Origin: Rhodoluna sp.
GTDB lineage: Bacteria > Actinomycetota > Actinomycetes > Actinomycetales > Microbacteriaceae
Length of the DNA stretch: 64,000 nucleotides
Direction: 5' to 3'
Assembly (NCBI GenBank): GCA_030832605.1
Contig: JAURIU010000001.1
Location: 2,144-66,143 of the forward strand
Positions 47,183 through 55,682 of the stretch are shown here, piece by piece (position 1 is the first letter of the stretch; each line of letters starts with the position of its first letter). The position numbers were made by a program, and so were the translations under genes. The notes below the pieces were generated by a model. That model worked only from the letters and a program-made list of their open reading frames with translations, was not told where the DNA came from and did not search any database.

Positions 47183-48247
47183 ATGTTCAAAACTATTCGT
47201 GCCTTTACTGCGATTTTGCTCGCGGCGATTTTGCTCGCAATACCAACCCAGCCAGCATCGGCTGAGGTTCCTGACAATCTCACATTTGCAGAGTTCTACG
47301 ATTCACCGCTCGGAAAAGAGCTGGCCGCACTCGAAGGTGCTAACCAGCAAAGGTTCCAATCCACTGCTGCCTTGGAGGTTGTGACCACTACTCGCGCAGA
47401 ATTCATGGAGCAGTTCTCTGAGGAGCGAATCGAATTGCTGCTCGGTGTGAAGTCGGCAAGCGCGCGCAAATTCCAAGTCACGCTTCAAGGTGAAACCATG
47501 TCGGAAGAAATGGGCATGGTGAACGGAAAGTACTTTGTTGCTTTGCCGCCAGCATCTGAACTTGAGGCTCTAAAAAACTATGACGCTGCGCTGAGTCGTC
47601 TAAAGAAAACCAATAAAGTGTGGATGCTCCTCGATGATGCGTCTTTTGAAATCTCGACGCCAGAGCTAAACAAGTCAACAATCTACAATGCGATGTCAGG
47701 CTTAGGTCAAATGGGAGCAGACACAATAAGCCTCCGGTTTGGAGCCCTAGCCAAGATTGCCTCGCCAGACAATGCGGAGCTTGTCGACTACAAATACTCG
47801 GTAACCACCCAAGGTCTGCAGCTGTTGATGACCCAGACGTTCAACTCAGCTGGGGAGATTCTCAGCCAAGAGATGAAACTTGCGCTGCTTGGAATCTCAT
47901 CGACCACCACCACTACATACAAAATCACTACCGTTGACAAGATACGCATTCCGAAAACCTCGGACATGGTCTCACTGGCAGCTCTCAAGAAAGCCAGCCA
48001 TCAAATTTCTGCAGAAAAGTCACTCAGTTCTAAAGTCAAAGCGCTAACCTCGAAGGCCACTGCACTTGCAAAATCGACGAGGAAGACTTTGACCTCGAAA
48101 CATCTCGCTGATGGAGCTAAAGCGCTCAAGTACACCGTGACAAGCATCAAAAACGGCGTGCGCCTGTCTGCGAAGTATCTCGGCTTCGAGGGCCGCATGT
48201 GCCTAGTCGCTTCAAAAGGCAAGGTAGTGGCGACCGCTTGCTCTTAG
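47183..48247 (+). CDS. secreted hypothetical protein with Lys-rich, Cys-paired C-terminal domain
   Basis: Signal peptide ending PASA-E; 354-aa ORF; C-terminal MCLVASKGKVVATAC. Confidence 0.7.
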   Translation: MFKTIRAFTAILLAAILLAIPTQPASAEVPDNLTFAEFYDSPLGKELAALEGANQQRFQSTAALEVVTTTRAEFMEQFSEERIELLLGVKSASARKFQVTLQGETMSEEMGMVNGKYFVALPPASELEALKNYDAALSRLKKTNKVWMLLDDASFEISTPELNKSTIYNAMSGLGQMGADTISLRFGALAKIASPDNAELVDYKYSVTTQGLQLLMTQTFNSAGEILSQEMKLALLGISSTTTTTYKITTVDKIRIPKTSDMVSLAALKKASHQISAEKSLSSKVKALTSKATALAKSTRKTLTSKHLADGAKALKYTVTSIKNGVRLSAKYLGFEGRMCLVASKGKVVATACS

Positions 48248-48266
48248 GGCGAAAACGACCCCATAG

Positions 48267-48662
48267 CTAGTCGGCGCAGTCGACCACCCAGTCAAGGCCA
48301 AGGGAAACTAGAGCGCGGTCTGCGGTGAAGAAAGTGGTGCTTGATTTGGCCCCCGCCTGAGCCAGAATCATTCGGTCGAACGGGTCATGTCGAACTAGCG
48401 ATGGAAACCTGCTCAGCGAAGCCGCGGACTCCTGGCCAAAGGCTTCAATCTTTATGCCCTGGTTCAGAAAGAGTTCTGCAAAATCTTTCGGAAGCGCTAA
48501 CTTGCCGATACCGGCCTTGATCTCTAACTCGGCGATGCTCAAAGCCGACATCACGGTTTCGCTGCTCGAGTTCAGCCATTTCAGCGTTCCAGAGCTCAGA
48601 CGCGAGTCTCCCTTGGCCAGCCAAAGAGCCACCTGCGTGTCAATGAATGCTCGACGTGACAC
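48267..48662 (-). CDS. PIN-domain (VapC-like) toxin
   Basis: FIDTQVALW, SIAELEIK..GKL, HDPFDRMILAQA, TAD. Confidence 0.9.
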   Translation of the reverse strand: MSRRAFIDTQVALWLAKGDSRLSSGTLKWLNSSSETVMSALSIAELEIKAGIGKLALPKDFAELFLNQGIKIEAFGQESAASLSRFPSLVRHDPFDRMILAQAGAKSSTTFFTADRALVSLGLDWVVDCAD

Positions 48663-48665
48663 TTT

Positions 48666-48905
48666 TTAGGCCTTGAAAAGGTCGTTGAACTCGCGGTCTA
48701 GGCGACTCCAGGTCGCGTCATCCCAGTCGGCAAAAACAGCACTGCCAAACCCCGGCACAATCTCTTGCTGAACCTCGTCTACCTTCACCAAGCGCATCAC
48801 TGGCTTGCCCGCGCGCGCGATTACGATCTCTTCGCCAGCTTCGACGGCTTCGGCGAGCTTAGAAAAGTGGGTTTTCGCTTCGTGCATGTTTACCTGTCTT
48901 GCCAT
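48666..48905 (-). CDS. Phd/YefM-family antitoxin
   Basis: VNMHEAKTHFSKL...GEEIVIARAGKPV, acidic C-terminus; 3 bp upstream of toxin. Confidence 0.92.
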   Translation of the reverse strand: MARQVNMHEAKTHFSKLAEAVEAGEEIVIARAGKPVMRLVKVDEVQQEIVPGFGSAVFADWDDATWSRLDREFNDLFKA

Positions 48906-48911
48906 GTGCTC

Positions 48912-48944
48912 AGACTAGCGTGGTTAGTCTACTTAGTCCACTAA
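48912..48944. promoter_or_regulatory. putative TA autoregulatory operator/promoter
   Basis: AGACTA-N7-TAGTCT inverted repeat plus TTAGTC direct repeats; minus-strand TAGTCT lies 6 nt before the antitoxin ATG. Confidence 0.55.
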
Positions 48945-49006
48945 TTTCACTCGGATGCGCAGACTAAACTCGTATGGGTTGCCGGTGATTTCGATCACTG
49001 ACTCCA

Positions 49007-49091
49007 GGAGAATTCGCCTAGTGGCCTATGGCGCGCGCTTGGAAAGCGCGTTGAGTGCAAGCTCTCGGGGGTTCGAATCCCCCATTCTCCG
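49007..49091 (+). tRNA. tRNA-Ser(GGA)
   Basis: GGAGAAT...CGCGCTT GGA AAGCGCG, long variable arm, GGGGGTTCGAATCCCCC, ATTCTCCG. Confidence 0.96.
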
Positions 49092-49129
49092 CGCTCTTCG
49101 AAAGAAGACGTTCACTAATGAGACAGTGA

Positions 49130-49164
49130 GAAACCCTCTGAGATATCAGAGGGTTTTGTCTTTC
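49130..49164 (+). terminator. intrinsic terminator after tRNA-Ser
   Basis: AAACCCTCTGA-GATA-TCAGAGGGTTT followed by T-rich tract. Confidence 0.75.
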
Positions 49165-49199
49165 TAGGCGTCGACGATTTCAGCGATTAGGCTCTTCTT

Positions 49200-49523
49200 A
49201 TGGCTTGGATTTACTTACTCGGCGCGATTGCCTTCGAACTTTTCGCAACGACCGCTCTCAAACTATCAGACGGCTTCACAAAGTTGTGGTGGACTCTGGT
49301 GATGGCAGTTGGCTACGGATTCGCTTTCTATTTGCTCTCACTAGTCGTGAAAACCATTCCCCTTGGGTTGGCCTATGCGGTATGGTCTGGAATCGGAACA
49401 CTAGGAGCAATCCTCGTGTCTATTTGGTTGTTCAAAGCAGATGCCTCACTCTTAGTTTGGATTGGGGCTGCGCTCGTCATCGGTGGGGTTGTTCTGATGA
49501 ATCTCGGTAGCAATGCTCACTAG
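49200..49523 (+). CDS. SMR/DMT small multidrug efflux transporter
   Basis: 107 aa, 4 TM, conserved TM1 Glu (AIAFE), LKLSDGF, AYAVWSGIG. Confidence 0.9.
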   Translation: MAWIYLLGAIAFELFATTALKLSDGFTKLWWTLVMAVGYGFAFYLLSLVVKTIPLGLAYAVWSGIGTLGAILVSIWLFKADASLLVWIGAALVIGGVVLMNLGSNAH

Positions 49524-49905
49524 AACGCAGAAGGTAATCGTCTGGGCGATTGATCTCGGCTTTCTCGTCTATTGGTCGCTGATCATATTTCGCGCGCTAC
49601 CTGCGGAGGCGATGTTCACCGGCTACGAAAAGCCTGAAGTCCAGGCTTGGAACTGGTCATTCTTGCCGCTCGACATACTCGCATCGCTAACGGGCATAGC
49701 CGGAAATACTCTCAAACGTTTCAACTCGAAAGTGCTGATAACTGTCTCTCTCGTCCTGACTTCGGTAGCAGGAGGAATGGCCATCGGATACTGGGCATTC
49801 TTGGGAGATTTCGAGATTTCCTGGTGGGCCCCGAACCTCGTCCTGCTACTGTTCCCCCTCTGGCCACTCACCTCATTCGCAAGAAAATCTGACAACTTGG
49901 CGTAG
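49513..49905 (+). CDS. DUF5360/YvaD-like membrane protein
   Basis: DLGFLVYW, AWNWSFLPLDILASLTG, WWAPNL motifs. Confidence 0.7.
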   Translation: MLTRTQKVIVWAIDLGFLVYWSLIIFRALPAEAMFTGYEKPEVQAWNWSFLPLDILASLTGIAGNTLKRFNSKVLITVSLVLTSVAGGMAIGYWAFLGDFEISWWAPNLVLLLFPLWPLTSFARKSDNLA

Positions 49906-49921
49906 AAAGATGGCGTAGAAA
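49898..49921 (+). repeat. 11-bp direct repeat TGGCGTAGAAA x2
   Basis: Copies at 49898-49908 and 49911-49921. Confidence 0.7.
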
Positions 49922-49935
49922 CGGTTTTCGATAAA

Positions 49936-50169
49936 CTACTTCGACGTCAGCATTGAGAACCAGGCGTGTAGTGCGTTCCTCGTATTCTCCGCAGAAATGA
50001 CAACGACCCCTTGTGGGTCGTTTTTCATTTCTGGGGTTGGGTCGATGAGAACCGGGTTCGCTGGGGCCCCATCGGCGTCGCCTAGCGACGACTTTATGAA
50101 GAGAAGAAAAGCATCTAGGTCTTTAGTCTCTTTCGGATCTCGGCATTGTTCAGTTAACGAATGTTGCAT
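49936..50169 (-). CDS. hypothetical small protein or gene remnant
   Basis: 77-aa ORF filling the intergenic gap; no recognised motif. Confidence 0.3.
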   Translation of the reverse strand: MQHSLTEQCRDPKETKDLDAFLLFIKSSLGDADGAPANPVLIDPTPEMKNDPQGVVVISAENTRNALHAWFSMLTSK

Positions 50170-50194
50170 ATATGCTATGTAGCATGTATGCTAC
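50163..50194. promoter_or_regulatory. tandem palindromic operator upstream of XRE regulator
   Basis: GTTGCAT-AT-ATGCTAT directly followed by perfect GTAGCAT-GT-ATGCTAC, ending 4 nt before the ATG. Confidence 0.65.
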
Positions 50195-50198
50195 TTCC

Positions 50199-50435
50199 AT
50201 GAGTAGAAACTCCGAAGAGCCAGTATTCAACCAGATAGAAGAAATCCGAACGTCGCTTGGGCTGAGCAGGCAAGAGCTTGCTGATCTCGTTGGGGTTCAC
50301 TACCAAACAATCGGCTATCTGGAGCGCGGCGAATACAGCCCTTCCTTAGTTTTAGCTCTTCGAATAGCACAAACCCTAAACAAAGAAGTATCGGAAGTGT
50401 TCTCGCTCACTGAACCCAAAGAAGGAGAGAAGTAA
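50199..50435 (+). CDS. XRE/Cro-family HTH regulator
   Basis: LSRQELADLVGVHYQTIGYLERGEYSPSLVLALRIA. Confidence 0.92.
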   Translation: MSRNSEEPVFNQIEEIRTSLGLSRQELADLVGVHYQTIGYLERGEYSPSLVLALRIAQTLNKEVSEVFSLTEPKEGEK

Positions 50436-50980
50436 TGACAAAGAAGAACAAGATCTACTGGTCCCTCGGTGTGACCGAGAAGGGCACGAGAGCCCTGCTT
50501 ACCGATGAAAATTCGAAGTTCAAGTGGCTAAGGTCTCAGCGCAACAGGCGTGTACTGGTTGCACTCAACATGATCGGTATTGTTTTGGTTTCTTTGGGAA
50601 GCTACTACCCAACTTTAAAAACCAACATCAACTTAGATGCCGATACAGAAATAGTGATTTTTAGCGTCACGGCTATTTTTGTAATCTTTCTAACCCTGGG
50701 CGCTTATTCGTATCTGCGTGTGGCTGTGCGAGGCATAGCCGATGCGCCAGATGAACTCTTGGACGAACGCCAAATTCAAATTCGCAACACCTCTTATCGG
50801 TATGCCTATTTGGCAATGGGATACATCGTGCTAGGTCTTCTGCTCTTGATGTTCTTTGGGCCAGAGTTAGAAATGTTCCAGCCGGAAGGAAACGACGGCA
50901 GCTACCTGGCGATTGCGACGATGTTTGCCTTCGCCGCTGCTCCATCGATGATTCTTGCTTGGCGTGAGAGGGACATCTAA
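50435..50980 (+). CDS. membrane protein (DUF2178-like DER motif)
   Basis: 4 TM segments, LLDERQ...R..SYRYAY; coupled to the XRE gene. Confidence 0.7.
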   Translation: MTKKNKIYWSLGVTEKGTRALLTDENSKFKWLRSQRNRRVLVALNMIGIVLVSLGSYYPTLKTNINLDADTEIVIFSVTAIFVIFLTLGAYSYLRVAVRGIADAPDELLDERQIQIRNTSYRYAYLAMGYIVLGLLLLMFFGPELEMFQPEGNDGSYLAIATMFAFAAAPSMILAWRERDI

Positions 50981-50981
50981 A

Positions 50982-52145
50982 TTGCCTATTACTCAAAGAG
51001 ATAGTTTTCCAGACATCCTGCGTGGCTTTGCCTTATTTGGCATAGCGATGGTCAACATCCAGTTCTTTTCAATTAGCACCTTTAGCGGTGCCGAGTCGCT
51101 GGATCTAACCCAACCAGAATCTGCAGGTGCGGCTTTCGTGGTCTTTGCTTTGTTTCAGGCCAAGTTCTACCTGCTGTTTTCTTTTCTTTTTGGCTACTCG
51201 GCGCACTACGTGCTGAGAGGTCAAAAAAGCAACAGAAGAAGATGGATTGCCAGATCAGTTGGGCTTGTGCTCTTGGGTCTGATCCATCTCACCTTCTTCT
51301 TCCACGGAGACATACTCTTCCTCTACGGATTCTTTGCGCTTCTTCTCACCTTGCTTTACTTTCGCAAGGAGAAAACCCTAAAGGTTTGGGCCTGGGTGAT
51401 TTACCTCATCACAGCAGTGCTGTTTGTAGCAATCTCACTGCTTGTTTCTTTAGCCGAATTGGTATTGGCTTCGAAAGGCAAGACCTTCCCCAGCCAGGAG
51501 CCAGTCGAATTCCTGGACGTTGCTCTTAGCTCTGGTGGGTTCTTTGAGATTGCGACTGCCAGGTTTGAGTTTTGGCTTATGGCCGCGGGGCCCGCATTCT
51601 TGCTTCAAGGGTCATTGGTCTTTGTGGCATTTATTGTCGGTGTGCTGGTATCTCGAAGGGGCGGGCTTGGCGCTTCCTTGAAGCCGGAGCTGATGAAGAA
51701 ATTTGCTATCTGGGGGCTAACTCTTGGCCTAGCTTTGCAGTTACTTGCTGGCTACATTTTTTTAACAAATGAGCAAGCTGAAAGCTACAGCCTTACCCTC
51801 TACCTAGTTGCAACGGCGCTGAACTTCTTGACCGCTCCCCTGATGTCAGCTGGCTTGGTTGGTGGCCTTTGGCTACTAAGCCAAAAAATCAAGCTTTCGC
51901 TTCTAAGTGCTGCCGGTCGCCACTCGCTGAGCATCTACCTTGGCCAGTCGCTGGTGTTCTCTAGCTTGTTTTCGGCATGGGGATTCGGTCTGTTCCAAGA
52001 ACTTAGCCTGCTCAGTGTTGTTCTAATTGCAGCGGCAACCTGGCTGGCTCTTGCCCTACTGGCACAACTAAACCTTCGGTTCAGAACTAGAGGACCCATG
52101 GAGGCGTTGCTAACAAACTTCAGTAGATTGTTTGAGCGCAAATAA
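50982..52145 (+). CDS. DUF418/YeiB-family membrane protein
   Basis: DILRGFALFGI, KFYLLFSFLFGYS, GDILFLYG, GRHSLSIYLGQS, RGPMEALL. Confidence 0.85.
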   Translation: MPITQRDSFPDILRGFALFGIAMVNIQFFSISTFSGAESLDLTQPESAGAAFVVFALFQAKFYLLFSFLFGYSAHYVLRGQKSNRRRWIARSVGLVLLGLIHLTFFFHGDILFLYGFFALLLTLLYFRKEKTLKVWAWVIYLITAVLFVAISLLVSLAELVLASKGKTFPSQEPVEFLDVALSSGGFFEIATARFEFWLMAAGPAFLLQGSLVFVAFIVGVLVSRRGGLGASLKPELMKKFAIWGLTLGLALQLLAGYIFLTNEQAESYSLTLYLVATALNFLTAPLMSAGLVGGLWLLSQKIKLSLLSAAGRHSLSIYLGQSLVFSSLFSAWGFGLFQELSLLSVVLIAAATWLALALLAQLNLRFRTRGPMEALLTNFSRLFERK

Positions 52146-52606
52146 TGAATCTAGAACAACTAGGGCTCTTCGGAGTTTTCTTAGGTGGCGCATTTCCGTG
52201 GATTGAAGCATTGGCCGCTGCACCAGCCGGCATTTTGTTCGGTCTAAACCCGATACTCAGTTTGATTTTTGCCGTCGCTGGCAACTTAGTCACAATTGTG
52301 ATTTTTGCCTACGGAGGCAAGTCCCTCAGAGAATGGCTCATGCGGCGAAGAGTGGCAAAAGGTAAAGACCCCGAATCTCCGAAATTCAAAAAGGCCCGAG
52401 TGGCATATGAAAAATATGGAATTTACGGGATGGCTATTCTTGACCCTATTTTGATCGGAACCCCATTCTCAGCAGCTGTATCGGCTGCTGCTGGAGTCAA
52501 GCCACTTAAAGTAACTTTGATACTTGCTGTTGCCATGATGATTTGGGCTTCGGCGATTGCTTGGGTCGTGGTGGCTCTTGGGGGTTCGATAGGAATCGTT
52601 CAATAA
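52145..52606 (+). CDS. putative small multidrug export-type membrane protein
   Basis: GAFPWIE...PAGI..G, YEKYGIYGMAILDPILIGT pattern. Confidence 0.6.
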   Translation: MNLEQLGLFGVFLGGAFPWIEALAAAPAGILFGLNPILSLIFAVAGNLVTIVIFAYGGKSLREWLMRRRVAKGKDPESPKFKKARVAYEKYGIYGMAILDPILIGTPFSAAVSAAAGVKPLKVTLILAVAMMIWASAIAWVVVALGGSIGIVQ

Positions 52607-52962
52607 CCCAGCTGATTCTGGATGGTCGGGACCATGTTAATCAAAGTGCCTATGTGCAGCGCTGATATCGCAAGGTTGCTTATCACCACTGGGTTCGAAA
52701 AGGATCGCACTGTGAATGGCGTAGTTACTTTGTAAATCACCTGAACCAAGAGGAGTGCAAACACTAACGACGGAACTGGCTTGAAAACTAAAAACAATGA
52801 CATGGCAAGAATTGCAAAGTAAATAGACATCAAGATGCCGCGGGCCGCTGTGAAGCCTCCCCAGGCGTGATCTATAAGTGGGGACTTTATTGCCATCAAT
52901 ACGAGTATTGGAACAAGCACAACGATGTTTACGGCGAGAGAAATGTAAATCCAGCTGATCAT
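52600..52962 (-). CDS. hypothetical membrane protein
   Basis: 120 aa, 4 TM; overlaps stop of DUF4188 gene (ATGA). Confidence 0.7.
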   Translation of the reverse strand: MISWIYISLAVNIVVLVPILVLMAIKSPLIDHAWGGFTAARGILMSIYFAILAMSLFLVFKPVPSLVFALLLVQVIYKVTTPFTVRSFSNPVVISNLAISALHIGTLINMVPTIQNQLGY

Positions 52963-53435
52963 TGAGCGCCACCAAGCCTATCTTTCGCTGAGTTTCGCTT
53001 GCCGACTGCAGGCACAAGTTGCCCCACCTTTGCAAACCCAAAGGTTGGCATGTTCACATACATGTTCTCCACTCCTTCTCTTGGAACCACGTATGTCTCG
53101 TGCCAAATGCCAACTGCGTCTGATGCCCTGGCTGCTTTGTTGAAAGCCTTCCAAGCGGGTAAGTGTTCGGAATCCGTTGCTTTTGCATACTCAAGGAGTT
53201 TTTCTGCGCTCTCCCAGTACTGAACAAGAATCAATGTGCGACTAAACCACATTTGATAAGACTTGAAGCCTAGCTGCGGGTTTTTATATAGTTCCGGCAA
53301 CATCTTTCCCATGGCGTTAAAAACTGGAATCCACTTATGAAAAGCTAAGAAATTATTGATTCTCATGCCAATCAGGAAAACAACAATTCCCTCATCAGTT
53401 GTGGCCGTCAACCGACCTTGGTTTATCTTGCTCAT
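52959..53435 (-). CDS. DUF4188 domain protein (putative monooxygenase)
   Basis: VVFLIGMRIN, LVQYWES, HLPAWKAFN, VGIWHETY, YVNMPTFG. Confidence 0.85.
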   Translation of the reverse strand: MSKINQGRLTATTDEGIVVFLIGMRINNFLAFHKWIPVFNAMGKMLPELYKNPQLGFKSYQMWFSRTLILVQYWESAEKLLEYAKATDSEHLPAWKAFNKAARASDAVGIWHETYVVPREGVENMYVNMPTFGFAKVGQLVPAVGKRNSAKDRLGGAQ

Positions 53436-54031
53436 TTCTTGATTTCAACGCTTTCTTTGACAATTCCAAACCAAATACGTTCTAGCAGACCTTCGATAAT
53501 CTCTGGCTCTGCTTTTGGTCTCATGGGGTCACTTCCGCCTGCAAGATTTGCATACCCATGCACGGCGGCCCAGGCAAAGTCAGTCACTTGCCTTACCTCA
53601 GCCGCTTGAATGAGGCCCTCATTGCAGAGATCCAAAACGGAATCTTGAAAAACCATCCATGCCGACGGGCTGTCTTCTCGCTTAGGTGGTGCTTCACAAG
53701 CCACAAATGCGACAGAAAAAAGTCCGGGTTCATTGAGGGCGAACTGGATGTATGTTCTACCCGTTGCCTCGAATCGCTCCTTGACGGATGTTTCATGGGA
53801 AATCGCTTCAATCATGCGCCTTGCCAGCTCTTCGCGAGCCTGTTGAGAGATACTCGCCTTCAGCCCTTCGCCGCTCGAGAAGTGTCGGTAAACCGCCATT
53901 GGCGAAACGCTGACTTCTTTAGCTAGAGCGTTAACCCCTAGGTTTTTTGAGCCGCTGATTCTGGCCTCTCGAACTCCCGCTTCCAAGAGCGCTGCTTCCA
54001 AGTTTCCGTGATGGTACTTTTGCGTCTTCAT
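53432..54031 (-). CDS. TetR-family regulator with WHG-type C-terminal domain
   Basis: KYHHGNLEAALL, VSPMAVYRHF, YIQFAL..PGLF, WAAVHG. Confidence 0.9.
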   Translation of the reverse strand: MKTQKYHHGNLEAALLEAGVREARISGSKNLGVNALAKEVSVSPMAVYRHFSSGEGLKASISQQAREELARRMIEAISHETSVKERFEATGRTYIQFALNEPGLFSVAFVACEAPPKREDSPSAWMVFQDSVLDLCNEGLIQAAEVRQVTDFAWAAVHGYANLAGGSDPMRPKAEPEIIEGLLERIWFGIVKESVEIKK

Positions 54032-54065
54032 TTCACACCTTGACAATTCGAAGATTCACCATTTA

Positions 54066-54082
54066 TGTTTATAGCATACACA
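54066..54082. promoter_or_regulatory. putative TetR operator in divergent promoter
   Basis: TGTTTAT-AGC-ATACACA imperfect palindrome downstream of TTGACA (54040-54045). Confidence 0.45.
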
Positions 54083-54098
54083 CTATTCGGAGGTAATC

Positions 54099-55022
54099 AT
54101 GAATGAAACACATCTGGTAGTCGGATCCGGGGAGGTCGGTTCGGCTTTGGCTCTGCAACTGGCCGAGGCAGGCAAGCGGGTCGTCGTGCTGACTCGATCA
54201 GGCAGAGGCCCTGAGCATCAGCTCATCACAAGGGTTTCAGGTGACGCATCGAACTTGAACAATCTTCTGCAGGCTGCACCCAGCGCGGTGGCGATTTACA
54301 ACTGCGTAAACCCTCCCCACTACGACAAGTGGGCAACCGAATGGCCTCCGCTGGCAAACGCCTTCTTGGAATATGCGCGAACCACTGGGGCGGTATTGGT
54401 GACTTGTTCAAACCTCTACGGCTATGGACCAACCTCAAATAAGTTAACCGAAGATCTGCCCTCAAATGGCACCTGGGTCAATTCAAAAGTTCGCGCCCAA
54501 ATGTGGCTCGACGCCAAACAGCTAAACGACGATGGGGTCATCCGCGCAACAGAAGTTAGAGGCTCCGATTACCTGTCACCGGGGGCGCAAAGTCGGTTTG
54601 GAGATCGAGTTGTCCCAGTCTTGAAAGCAGGAAAAGGTGTGCAACTTCTAGGCGACATCAACCAAGCCCACACTTTCACAGCCCCCGCGGACGTCGCCAA
54701 ATTGATGATGAAAATTGCCTTAGATGAGCGAGCATGGGGCAAGGCTTGGCACGTTCCTAGTAACGCGCCAAAAACTCAACTTGAAGTGATCCAAGACATA
54801 GCTAAGGAGTTGGGGCTAAACGATGTCAAAGTTAGCTCAGTTCCAAAAATCATTTTGGGAATCATGGGTGTTTTCATTCCTGTGATTCGAGAACTGAATA
54901 ACGGAAGCTACATGTTCGACGCTCCATTCGTGATGGATGATTCGGCAGCTCGAAGTACCTTTGGGCTTCAACCCACTCCCTGGGATGCGATGATCAAGGG
55001 TTTGGTCGCGGCATATTTATAG
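54099..55022 (+). CDS. NAD-dependent epimerase/dehydratase family (atypical SDR)
   Basis: VVGSGEVG Rossmann motif, NLYGYG, GGAGG RBS. Confidence 0.85.
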   Translation: MNETHLVVGSGEVGSALALQLAEAGKRVVVLTRSGRGPEHQLITRVSGDASNLNNLLQAAPSAVAIYNCVNPPHYDKWATEWPPLANAFLEYARTTGAVLVTCSNLYGYGPTSNKLTEDLPSNGTWVNSKVRAQMWLDAKQLNDDGVIRATEVRGSDYLSPGAQSRFGDRVVPVLKAGKGVQLLGDINQAHTFTAPADVAKLMMKIALDERAWGKAWHVPSNAPKTQLEVIQDIAKELGLNDVKVSSVPKIILGIMGVFIPVIRELNNGSYMFDAPFVMDDSAARSTFGLQPTPWDAMIKGLVAAYL

Positions 55023-55153
55023 GCAGCTTCCGCAAACAACGGCAAAGAAAGAAAACTACTGGCGATAAGTGCTGTTGATAACGCAACACAAATGTGATGT
55101 AGCAAAGTCGAGCGTCTCTATACATCGCAACGAGCCTGAGTTAGATTTCAGAC

Positions 55154-55654
55154 ATGGCTAAAGAACCGGATGATAACCACAAGCTACTCGTGCCTGCTAA
55201 CTGGGTAGAGCGAATCGAAGAGGTTTTTCACATAGTCCTCGGAGTCTTTCTGCTGGCAATCGCCGCAGCAGCCCTTTACTTCTCAGTCGTACGGGTCTTC
55301 GAAACCGTCCCGTTCTTTCCGACCGGCATGATTCAGGCAATCAACGACATCCTCTTCATCATCATCATTCTTGAGATTTTGAGAACGGTAGTTGCGCGCT
55401 ACACCGATGGCGTTTTCCAACTGCAAAACTTCTTGATCATCGGCGTGATCGCGGCTGTTCGACACATTCTCACCGTTGGTGCTTCGATGACTCTCGCCGC
55501 GGGTAAATCGCAGGATGAATTTGACCGAGCCGTGATCGAGCTTGGCGTCAGCTCGGGTATCGTCGTAGCTCTCGTGTTCGCCATCTTCCTCTCGAAAGCA
55601 TCGAGCAGTTTTCAGCCCAAAACACTCGAGAAACGCGCAAACAAAGCCTTTTAG
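55154..55654 (+). CDS. PsiE-family membrane protein
   Basis: 4 TM, ILEILRTV, FLIIGVIAAVRHIL. Confidence 0.75.
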   Translation: MAKEPDDNHKLLVPANWVERIEEVFHIVLGVFLLAIAAAALYFSVVRVFETVPFFPTGMIQAINDILFIIIILEILRTVVARYTDGVFQLQNFLIIGVIAAVRHILTVGASMTLAAGKSQDEFDRAVIELGVSSGIVVALVFAIFLSKASSSFQPKTLEKRANKAF

Positions 55655-55682
55655 GCCCGGTTCGCACTATTAGGCTTGCGCT

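Noticed and set aside
52461-52470. CCCCATTCTC match to the tRNA-Ser 3' end as a possible attR
   Set aside because: Only 10 bp and inside an intact CDS; compatible with chance
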